64,000 bases of DNA. It comes from Harriotta raleighana. Its lineage: Eukaryota. The position numbers and the translations under genes were made by a program. A model generated the notes under the pieces. It saw nothing but the letters and a program-made list of their open reading frames with translations, had not been told where the DNA came from and made no database searches. Each line of letters opens with the position of its first letter. The first letter of the stretch is position 1. Below, one piece after another: positions 40,012-50,914 of this stretch. Location: the NCBI GenBank assembly GCA_050575255.1, contig JBNZDD010013614.1, forward strand, positions 1,429,524 to 1,493,523, given 5' to 3'.

Positions 40012-41149
40012 CAGGCAGTCCTCTAGTTACGACATTCCGAGGTACGACAATTCGAAGTTACGACGCTTAATATCAGTAAAATTACGTCCGAGTTACATCC
40101 AAAGTCTCGAAGTTACGACACTACTATGTAAATACTTTAGTTGCCCCACGCGCGATAGAAAACTGGAGTCGCCGCTCTCAACACTTACGGGACCACGATA
40201 CGCGTTCAGGACAGGAACAGGATGGAGGCGAGACGCGAGTGTGTACTGTACAGGTACTGTGTGAGTCTGTGAGCTCGGCGGTACAGTACTCTCCAGCCTT
40301 TAGACGGTGCCCTACGTCGCGTGTGATCTCCTGCGTTGCGCTACGTTGCATGTGATCTCCTGTGTTGCACTACATCGAGTGCCAGACTCACAATGAAGCC
40401 ATGTAAGTACATAGTAATATTTTATTTTATTTACAGTACTGTACATATTAGGAGGGGTGCAGGGGAGAGAGGGCAGCTCACTATACACCACAACCAATCA
40501 CTGTATGTTACTGTAAGTCCCGATTCGATAAATCGGACATTATCCGGCAGAATAATGATGACGCATTTAATTAATCGATTGTCACATGCGAGTACTGGTG
40601 CAGGTACTCAGCTGGCCACTAGTCGAGCCTAAATTCACGCTACTGCCATTTTCTAAAAAAGTCGCGATACTGCCTTTTTTTTAAAAAAGTTGTGGTACTG
40701 CTGCTTGGTTTTCCTCCCATGGCTGCCATTGCAGTAAAGTATAAATAATAAAGTACTAATACAATATTCTGTTATTACAGTATCTGTTATTAGTGTATTT
40801 AGTCTATTATTTGGGATGTCCTCCTGACGTGAAACGCGCTCTATAAGTGTAATTTTGTTGTTGTTGTATTTATATAGTATTGTTCAACATTTACAATAAA
40901 ATAGCCATACAATATTTTGTTATTACCAGTATCTGTTATTACTGTATTTATTCTATTATTTATATGGTACAGTGTACAACATTTACAATAAAATACCCAT
41001 ACAATACTGTTATTATGTTATTATTTAGTCTATTATTAATATGGTGTGTGTTAAAATAATTTTAATTTTTTTAAAAATCATTCAACTGGAAAACCATTTA
41101 ACCGGCACTGGCCAGGTCCTCTGGGTGCCAGATAAATGGGATTTTATTG
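40012..41149. mobile_element. Chimeric MITE: inverted family D copy (40012-40517) fused to a family B remainder (40515-41149)
   Basis: Left TIR CAGGCAGTCCTCTAGTTACG; sequence switches family at actgtAAGtcccg; right TIR of family B (..GATAAATGGGATTTTATTG|ta). Confidence 0.85.
40813..40866 (+). mobile_element. 54-bp L2-type 3' tail insertion with TSD
   Basis: gggatgtcctcctgacgtgaaacgcgctctataagtgtaattt(tgt)n flanked by TATTT direct repeats. Confidence 0.75.
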
Positions 41150-41859
41150 TAAAGTAAATATTGAGCTCTTTAATTTGCATGTTGTAATAATAATTTCAGG
41201 TACAAAAATAGCAATAAATGCACAGAAGTTTAATTGTTATTCATCTAATCAAAGTTTTGTTGAGTTTTCAATTTTGAAATTAAAGGTTTAAAACTAAATG
41301 TTCCCACTGGCCTCTCAATTTAGTTTGGTTGAATATTTTGGGGGCTCAGATGAGAAATTGGATAGTAAATGAATGAGTGATTTAGTTACACAGAACTGAG
41401 ATACAGTACCTTGAAATGCCATGAATGATTTGCAGTTGACGAACATTCATTACTATAAACTTCTATGAATATTTTTTAGCTAATTTAGAGGAAGTTACAT
41501 TAGAGTAATAGAACCAAATAACAAATTGTTGAAAATAGCACAGATTAGAAAGCACTAGATATTAAATTCCATTATATTTCAATCATTCTACAGTTTCCAC
41601 CAATGATTTTTTAAAAATAAAGAAAGTATAGGCCCCAAATCACATTACCTAAAACAATGTTGTGTTAACCGTTAAGATTGAGAATAATCGGGGGCAATTC
41701 TTAAATTTAAGCTTAATTTGGACGCCAGTTTTCTTTTCAAAAAGAACCACTGGCTTCCAAATTCAGACTGCAATTCTCCGTAATCTCATCCTTTTGGCTG
41801 AGACAATAAAATTATAAAATAAAATAATTTTAAAATTAGTGCTAGACCATTTGGGAGTG

Positions 41860-42120
41860 ATGTGAGGGTGCAGTTTTTTTAGACAAAGGGTAATAGAAAT
41901 CTGGAACTATCTAGCCCAAAAGGCTATGGATGTTAGGTAACTTTCAAATTTTCAAGACTGAAGTGGATAGATTTTTGTTAGGTCAGGGTATCAAGGGATA
42001 GAGGCAAAGACTGGTAGTTTGTCCCTATCCCGGAGTTGAGGTACAGATCAGGCATGATCCAATAGAATGGCGGAACAGGCTTGAGCGGCTGAATGGCCTA
42101 CTCCTGTTCTTATGTTCCTC
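41860..42120 (+). mobile_element. CR1 LINE 3' end
   Basis: FFRQRVIEIWNYL-like frame and the tail gaatggcctactcctgttcttatgttc. Confidence 0.75.
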
Positions 42121-43984
42121 ATGTAGAATTTCAGACCGATAATGCAAGATGCAGTAAGACTGCAATATCAGAAAAGTCTTGTTATTTGCAGCAACAGGTT
42201 ACAGGGCTGGCAATGGATTGTTGACATTGTTTTATTTATTATCCAAATGCATGTAAAACTGGAATTATAGTGCTCCTTGCAAAATGAAAAAAGCATTGAG
42301 CACTAACCCAAATTAACAATTTTTTCCAGAGTAGAATTTTTATAGCTGGCAATAAATCTTCTTTTTGTAACAATATTGCCAGCTGCTTTACTCTTTATTA
42401 ATTCTAGAGTTGATCCTGGGCTACCACAAGATTGGCAGTACACCAATGTAATTTTGTTGTTGTTCTTTCACATCTTTTTGAAAGGGGGCACTTTATCTTT
42501 TCTCATTTTGTGTTACAGCATATTAAAATTTAATTTCATTCATAATGTGCATTAAATTATTAAACATAAATGGATACTCAGTTTAATGCATATTAATTGG
42601 AATCGTGACAAGAATTCACTGGAAATAGTGCTAATAAACAAGACGTTACTTTGTACTGTTTTAATTAGTATCTGGTATGTTCTGCCCTCCAGTAATGTAG
42701 CTTTGCTCCTGTGACAGTTGGTAAGATGGATCCAGGCAGTTCCCATGAGCCACTTTGTCTTATATCATAACTCAATAATAGTAAGTAATGCAATCTTCAT
42801 TAATAAATTTGTGTTACTGTACTAACTGCTCACATTTAGCACACAAAGGCGATAGATTTCATATATAGCACATATTCATTTTTTAATTCTTCCAAACAAT
42901 TAACACCTTCAGGAACTCATAGTCAATAAGTTAATACTCCAATGCAGTACTGGGGGGTGTTGCGATGCTGGAAGTGCCATTCTTAACATGAAGCATTAAG
43001 CCAAGGTTCCATCTGCCCATTCAAGTGTACGTTAAAGATATCATGGCTCTGTTCAGAGAGAAGGGAGCTCTGAGACCGTGGCCCATGTGAAGGGCGCTAT
43101 ATTGTTTTTGTTGTGACCTGACCAATAATCCCTGAATAAAATTGACAATAATTTCATGGCTATTTGTGGGCAAAACTGACTTCTATGTTTGCCTACAAAT
43201 ACAGTCACCCCATTGCACAGTAAATCCTCTGAAACACTGTGAGTTGTGATAAGCCATTGTACCAAAGACAACAACAAATTTCATTTGTACAGCGCCTTTC
43301 ACATCAGGAGGATGTCCCAAGACATTGGTATCGGCACCCAAGCCAGATCAGGAGGTGTGGAGCACAGGGAAGGTAGGGATAGTAAAGTAACCAAAGGCTT
43401 GGTTGAAGAGGAGAGACTTGAGAAGGGGAGGGTACAAGGTGGAAGAACAGTAGGATGAAGTTCCAGACACCTGGCTGACCAAATAAATTGTATCTTTGTT
43501 AATTCGGGTTAAGTTAGATTCATAATATAATGAAATATTTCACAAAATCTTATTAATTCAAACCAGGTAATGATGGCGAAGTATAGTAACTGTTTTTCTG
43601 ACATAAAACATAGCACACTGAGAGGAACTCTCTTCTCTTTTCACATAGTGTCATGGGATCGTTAATAGCTACCCACTTTGGCAAGAACTTGGTTGAACAT
43701 ATCAACCAAAAGAATACTCCATGTGTGGCCTCAATAGTAATCTAAATAAAGAAAGAATAATTTGCTTAAACAAATAAGCAAATTCCCTCAAAATGAATCC
43801 TCATATTTGATTAACTTTTGGTAATTATTTTAACAAATACCATATTAATAATGGACCAAATAATAAAAGAGTATTCTATTAGTACATTATTATTTATACT
43901 TAACTTCGCAATTGCAGCACTGGATTCGACAGGAGGTAAAAAACGCGACTTTAAAAAGCAACGAGCTTAGACCTAACGGCCAGC

Positions 43985-44330
43985 ACACACACAGACACAC
44001 ACACACACACACAGACACACACACACAGACAGACACAGACCCTCAAAGATATTCAGTCTGAATCCATCATATAAATTCTGTCCACAAATCTCACCCCACC
44101 TCCCTTTTCTCTCTCTCCCTCCCTCTCTCTCTCCCCCTCTCTGCAGCAACCTTCTGCCATTTCTCTTTCTCTCTCACTCCATTATGTTTTCCCCATCTCT
44201 CTCTCCCTTTACCCATATCTCATTCCCCCCCCTCTTTTCCTCCCCATTCCCCCCTCCCTTCCTCTCTCTCTCCGTTTCCTCCCCTCCATTCCACCCCCCC
44301 ACCCCCCCACCCTCCCGCTCCCTCCCTCTC
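43985..44330. repeat. (CA)n microsatellite and CT-rich low-complexity tract
   Basis: Seen directly. Confidence 0.85.
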
Positions 44331-44611
44331 TGGCCGCGACCTACAGCAGTATTTATTATGTATACAATACTTAACTTCCCAATAACATATATTGGAAATA
44401 GCTTATTTGTAAATACCCTATCAAATCCCTTCATCATCCTATAAACCTCTATCAGATCAACCCTAAATCTTCTAAACTCAAGGGAATACAATCCCAAGTT
44501 TACGCAGCCTTTGCTCATAACTTACCCCTTTTAGACCTGGTAACACTCAGGTGGCACACCCCTGGCACATCACAAGGTTACCACTGATTCCATGCACTTC
44601 TATTTTCACTA

Positions 44612-45652
44612 CAGCTAACCCTCGTCAAACTCAACTTTATCGATTGCGAATTCAAGTATATGCGACAAAACCAAAGCACACTTTTTTATGCAGCATGTGT
44701 AAAATTTGAGCATACACGCTGGCTGGCCCCTGCGCGAATGTGCACATGTGAGGACGCCGACAGCTTCCGACTAAATCCGATGATTCCTCGGCTGGCTGGT
44801 CCCGCGAGCATGCGTATTTGTGAAGAGGCCAGCAGATCCCGGCTAAAGCCGATAATTCCTCGGCTAGCTGGCCCGACTCGCAATGCACTTTTGGGTAACT
44901 TTTCGATAACTCTTCGGCCTCAGAGTATCCTGATGGCATTGCATGGCAAACAGAAGAGAAAGAGAGTCTCCTAACACTTCCAGGGGTAAAGTAATTTAGC
45001 TTAGCTGTGGTTTTATTGCTTTATTGCTTTGTTATCACTTTATTGTTGGGCGGAGCTGGCCAGCCGGATGTAGCCCACTTCAGTACGTACCTTACATTGG
45101 TCAGGTGTGGATGCGCTTGAAGGCTTGAGGTGGGTAGCCTCCTAACCCTAACCCCCCTTTCTGCGTCTCCAATCCTAACTACCTGCTCCCTCCCCTCCCC
45201 AGTTCCTCTCTGGCCCCCTCCCTTCCCCAGCTACCATCTTCTCTCTCCAGGGGCTCTCTGCTCCCGCACACCCAAGCGGCTCTCTGCTCTCCTCTCCCGG
45301 GCTGCCCTTTTCCCCTCTCCAGATGCTCTCTCCCCGGTTGCTCTCTACCTCCCTCCAGGGCTTCCCCTGATTTGCCTACTTCCTGGGTGGTAGGGGAGAT
45401 GAGAGCAGGGAGAGAGGGGGAGCAACAAGAATGGGGAGAGGGGTGTGGAGCGAGGTGCGGGCCAGCCAATTGTAGCCCGCCTCAGTATGTACCTTGCATT
45501 GGTCGGGTGTGGATGTGTCTGGAGGCTTGAGGTGGGTAGCCTGTGATTGAATTCCCCTAACTCCCCTTTTCCCATTAGTTAAGCTTATCCAATGCGATTT
45601 TACTGAGTGCGGAGTTTTCCAGGAACGTAACGCGATTGACGAGGGTTAACTG
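44612..45652. mobile_element. Tigger-like non-autonomous element, family E
   Basis: ta|CAGCTAACCCTCGTCAA ... TTGACGAGGGTTAACTG|ta; internal ~60-bp direct repeats at 45081-45140 and 45483-45542. Confidence 0.85.
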
Positions 45653-45830
45653 TATTAATTTTTTGATGGAACCTTATCAAATGCCTTCTGAAAGTCCATG
45701 TAAACTACATCCATAGACACTCTCTTATTGACTATTTTAGTGACTTCCTCACAAAATTCAACTGGATTAGTTAGATACGACCTACCCTTCACAAACTCAT
45801 GCTGACCCTCTTCCACAAGCTCATAACTCT

Positions 45831-46039
45831 GAGAGGCATTTTTAAGACTTCAAATTACTCGGTGCAATTTTTTTTAGGGGGCCCATCACTGACGTTAAGT
45901 TTAATAAGTGCGCATGTGCATCCTTCCATTTGGATGATTTTTTGCATTACTTTACTTACATAGGGAGCCCGCAATATGAGGGGGCAGAGGGGCCCGTTGG
46001 TGCATTGCACCGATTGCACCGACGTTAAAAACGCCTCTG
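45831..46039. mobile_element. hAT-like MITE
   Basis: TIR (C/G)AGAGGCRTTTTTAA; 8-bp TSD ATAACTCT (45823-45830) / ATACCTCT (46040-46047). Confidence 0.75.
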
Positions 46040-47680
46040 ATACCTCTCCAAATGTTCAGTCACTCTGTCCCTGATGATGCATTCCAGTATTTTCCCTACA
46101 ACTTATGTTAAGCTAACAGGTCTGTAATTTCCTGGTTTCTCCCTCCCTTCCTTCTTAAATAAAGGGGTGACATTTCCAATTTTCCAAACTAAGGGCACAA
46201 TTCCTGAATCTTGTGAGCTTTGGAAAATTATGAAAAATGCATCTGCAGTTTCCCGTCCTATTTCCTTTAACACCCTAGAGTGGAAACTATCAGGTGTTGA
46301 TAGTTGTCTATTTTGAGTCGCAAAATTCTCTCCGTTACCATTTTTTGTTCATATTTATTTTATTAAGCATTTATTTTTGAGTTATTTTTAGGTTCCTCTG
46401 TATATCTTGTATTTTATCCTCATCCTCTACTGTAAAACTTGTAGCAAAGTACTTATTTAGCAAGTCAGTCATTCTTTATTTTCCATTATGGTCTCACCTG
46501 TATCTGTCTTTAACGGACCCACATTCGCCTTTACCGTTCTCGTTCTACATCAACAATAACATTAAAATACTTCAACAGTAACATTAAAATCTTTGAGACT
46601 TACTCTAATGTTCCCTAATGTGGACTTAAGGATCATACACAAGCTCTTAATGTTTAGAAGGGCTAAAAGAAATCAACTAAAAAGGGCCGTGTAGGTCATC
46701 AGGGAGTCAACAAAATACTACACATATCTTCAGAGGGAAATTTGTCAGAGTTCATTTGGGTAGAAATCTGTGACAGTGAGGATAGGAAGCTAATAATAGA
46801 ACTCTGTCATAGATCATAGAAGCAGAGCGATAAAATCAATATGGTTTTGTTTGAGCAGATTAGGAGATTTCTACAAAATCAAGGGTATTGATCATTTGAA
46901 ACTTTAATTATCTTACAATATAGTGGACACAAGGTGAGTTACTTTTAAAATGGAGAACACAAAGCAAGACAAAACAAGCAGCACACAGGAATTAACATGT
47001 AACACTGAGCTCAAGTTGCTGCCAAACATAAAAAAACAAATACTGTACATAAATGATGGTGATCATAAGATAACATTCTCATAAGGAACAGCAAGAGGCT
47101 GTTTTTCATTTTTTTTAAATACTCAATACATCCCTCATGCCTAAAACTGAGGAGCCTTCAAGTAATCTAAATTAATCAACACCTTTTTTTTGGTGATGTG
47201 ATATTGATGGCAAGTAATCACTTTAATATGTGGTAATTATCACATCACCCTTCACTCTCTAACCACCTCAAATCCCTATCCCTCCTTTCCAAAATCTGAA
47301 ACCTAGTAATTTGCACTCAGATCAATATGGCTATCTCAGGTATCTCATTCACATAGAACGTTGAAAGTATACCCAATGATGTGAGAGTTTAGGAGTCATG
47401 CACTCTGGGTAATAAAATAATCATCATATTTAAAATTGGTATTTCACTTTTTAGGCCAGAAGCACATCTCAAAGTGCTTCACGGGATTTTCTGCTATGTC
47501 TAGTAACTGTAATTATCGGCAATAAATTGCAACCAATTTGCACACAGTAATGTCCTACAAACAGCCATGAAGTGAATAATTTTTTTTTACCTGGAAGGTT
47601 GTTGGATAGGACACCGAAAGAAACTCTTTTTTTAAACAGTTCATGAGATCTTTCACATGTATCTGAAAAGACAGACTAAA

Positions 47681-47772
47681 CTTTACTTTAATATTTCATT
47701 ATCCTTTACTTTAATATTTTGTTATCCTTTACTTTAATATTTTGTTATCCTTTACTTTAATATTTTGTTATC
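47681..47772. repeat. 23-bp tandem repeat (CTTTACTTTAATATTTTGTTATC) x4
   Basis: Read directly. Confidence 0.9.
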
Positions 47773-47774
47773 AA

Positions 47775-48123
47775 GGCCCTCCAAAGTCTTGCCTCACCTA
47801 GCTCTCTTCCTGCTGGCCCCCTATCAACCAGTCCATGCCCTCTAGTCAGCAGGTTCTGACGTACTCCATGTCTCGTGCCTGACTTGCTCTACCATCGTCA
47901 GCCGGGCTTTCAGCATCCCTGTCCCACCCTATGGAACTCCATCCCACAATCCCTTCACCTTGCTCCCTCCCTTGACTCCTTCACTCAAGACCATGCCTTT
48001 AGCTGCCCTCTTATCTGTTTGCCCTTCCTCATCCCTCTAATCATGCTCGGGTCCTGACCTGACTGTTCAGGATGTTCTCCCAACGTGAAACGCGCTTTGT
48101 AAATGTAATTTTCCTGTTGTTGT
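47775..48123 (+). mobile_element. L2 LINE 3' fragment
   Basis: PTLWNSIPQSLHLAPSL followed by the tail ending aattttcc(tgt)n. Confidence 0.75.
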
Positions 48124-49873
48124 TCATCCAAGCTATGGCATCTCCAACAATGAAGTACATTCCTGGCACTGTGTTAATCAAACCTAGAATGTAACATCAA
48201 TGTACAGTACAGAAATTTCAATTTCCTATTGAGTTTCATATAATTCCTCTTACACTATTTTGGTAAAGCTTTCCTTTGAAGGTGTTACAGTATTATAGTT
48301 ACAGGAGGAGTATTCAAATCCACATGTGTCTGTTCAGTAGGAGAGGGAGGTCAGTGAGGGAATGAAGGGGTAAGGTAAAACTTTCACTCACGAATTTCAT
48401 AGCAGGTTTTTGAGTAATATTTCTAATGCTACTAACCTGTTGCCAGGTGACAAAGCAGGTGTTTAAGGTGAGAAAAAACATGAGCATATTCAAAAATAAA
48501 GTAATTGCAGGATTAAAAACGGGTCAGGCATTTATTAGAATACATCTGGAATCAACAGATGCAAGTGCTTGACTAAAATTATTCACCAATCTTGGAAAAT
48601 AGGAAAAGCTCAATAGAGGGGAAAATAACAACATCTGATTCCAGTTAGGTTGACGGTTAGGCATTGGAGAAATTTCAAAAGCCATTAAGAGTAGAGCGAT
48701 TTAACATATCAGTGCTGGGCAAGAGTGCTGTAGCCAGAATTACTCTGGAGTCAGCCATGGAATAGGTGATAGGATGAATTTGCTCAAACCAAAACACTGA
48801 TAATTAACTGGTTAATTCTATGGAATCTTTCATGGTCATACTTTGGGGGAGAAGAGCGAGTTACTATCATTCATGCCACACCCTCTTGAATTCCTGCTAG
48901 TGAGCCTTGATTCTTTTTCAAAACACAGGCAATTTACCGATTTTTTTCTTGCTGTTTTTTTTTCACTTTGTTAGCTTGTCGGAGTCACAACTAGCATCAC
49001 TGAGGGAGTGAAATTGTTAACTCTGTTGCAAGCTGGAGATAATAGTAGTTGGAAAGAGTGTTTACTCTTTTTAAGAGTGTTTGGGATGAAACAAAGTGAC
49101 AAATGCTGCATCTGATATACAGGAGAAAGTGCCTAAATCTCTAACTTCCTTGCACCCAGTAAATAAATAAATAAATAAAAATGCATTAGTTTTATGACAT
49201 GATGCCTCCAGTGTGTGCTTGGGGGTTGTTTGAGCTGTCATGCAGCTGTTAGTTGGACGCTCCAGGTGCTTTGGATGTTGCAAATCCAATTAGGCTGAAG
49301 AGGGAGCTATCGTCACTTACCATAATAATTCTCATTCAGTATTTGTTAAACAAAATATCTTGCAGCGCTTCATGAGATTTACTGTAAAGTTTAGTGACCA
49401 TGTATTTGCAGCAAACCTGGTAACCAGTTTGTGTAGAGCAATATTCTGCAAACAGTCTGAAATTAACAATCAATTTACTATGGACTATTTTGAGCTTGGA
49501 CAACAAGAGAAAATCACTTATTTAGTAGTGCCAAAGGATCTTTAACATCCACATGAGCCAGCAGATGGGACCTTGTTTTAATGCCTCCCATGGAAGATGG
49601 CAAAAGACGGTGGTGGGGGGGGGGTAGAATGTAGATGTCACCATGTAGATAAGGAAAAGTAGGGAGTCAGGGATGGAGTTTTGGGGTACCGTGCAGGTGA
49701 CTTGGATGGGATCAAAAAACATTTTGATGTTTTGTTGAATAGCATAGATGGTTGAGAGGGAATCTAAAAACTTTCCAAATTATGACTGATTTTAATAGGA
49801 AAAAAGAAAAATTGTTTCTATTGAATCCTGAGACAGTGATGAAATGGCGTAAATTGAGGATTTTATGTTAATG

Positions 49874-50305
49874 CAGTAAAAGTCCTTTAATCCGACACCT
49901 GATAATCTGGAAATCTTTACAGTCCAGCATCTGCGACGGTCCGTTTTTTTGCAATCTGCGCATCTCTTCCCAGAAATCCTTCCCACTCCCCCGTGTATTT
50001 TCCTCGGTGGCCCATCACTGACGTCACGTTTATGTCACTGACGTAACATGCGCATGCGCGCTTTGATAAGTGTGCGCGCAATTTTATTTTTTAAGAATTA
50101 ACTTTCGGCGGATGCCTGCTCCACGAGGCTGGGGAGAGCTCTGGGTTCCGCTATACATGTATGTAACATAGATAAGCGCACAGGGATGGGAGGATTTGAG
50201 TGTGCTGTGATTATTGGACGTTACAATAACGTCCAATAATCCGTCATATTCAATAATCCGGCACTGTCTAGGTCCCAACCATAACGGTTTATCGGACTTT
50301 CACTG
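49874..50305. mobile_element. Tc1/mariner-like MITE, family C (inverted relative to the 27184 copy)
   Basis: CAGTAAAAGTCCTTTAATCCG ... TTATCGGACTTTCACTG|ta; reverse complement of 27184-27613. Confidence 0.85.
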
Positions 50306-50566
50306 TATGTGGAATGCATCACCATGAATGACTCAACAAGCCAAGTCAACAACAGCATTTAAAAGAGAATGGGCTAAATTCTACCAATTGATCATTCGAT
50401 TCATGGTTATTTGTGGGACAGTCTATGACTTGAACACGCTCCTCTGTTGGAGATGCTCATGTTGTGAAATGCACCACTTTCTGCATTTGCTGGTGACATT
50501 AACTGTAGGCGTTGTACAGGTCAATGCATCTCCCAGCTTCTCAAATTGCATCTCTTTTTATTACAG

Positions 50567-50914
50567 GTTGATGCCCACGGAAACATTCTCTTGACAACCC
50601 TCAAAATTAGGAATGAAGTCACCGCTTCAGAGGTGCTGACAAGCATCAGTGATCCAAGGGGGACCATGTATTCTTATGACAGTACCAACATCCAGTATCG
50701 AAGGCCAACTGCAGGCAGAGATGGCTACGGTAGAAGCACATTGGAAAGGCATATAGTTCAGAAGAAAGGACGTTTACGGAGACGAGCATCACAACTTAAA
50801 GTCAAAATCCCAGATCTGACTGACGTGAACACCATAGACAGGTGGTCACGTGTAGTCTTTCCTATTGCGTTTGGTTTTTTTAACTTGGTGTACTGGCTCT
50901 ATTATGTCCACTAA
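50567..50914 (+). CDS. gabrb1: GABA-A receptor beta subunit, terminal exon (intracellular loop, M4, stop)
   Basis: ttttattacag|[17 protein letters not shown]...[17 protein letters not shown]...[22 protein letters not shown]...YWLYYVH*. The [21 protein letters not shown] and YYVH motifs match beta1 better than beta2/beta3. Confidence 0.95.
   Translation, partial: VDAHGNILLTTLKIRNEVTASEVLTSISDPRGTMYSYDSTNIQYRRPTAGRDGYGRSTLERHIVQKKGRLRRRASQLKVKIPDLTDVNTIDRWSRVVFPIAFGFFNLVYWLYYVH

Larger units (their letters stand above)
44395..46540 (-). mobile_element. Degraded CR1 LINE with an internal deletion, hosting two DNA-transposon insertions
   Basis: Minus strand LGLYSLEFRRFRVDLIEVYRMMKGFD (44395-44520); DVVYMDFQKAFDKVP (~45665-45710); NYRPVSLT-like (~46105-46130). 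Confidence 0.8.

Noticed and set aside
34404-40632. Duplicated ORFs (111/86 aa and 65/98 aa) suggesting paralogous small genes
   Set aside because: They are incidental frames in two copies of a non-coding MITE, with no transposase motifs.
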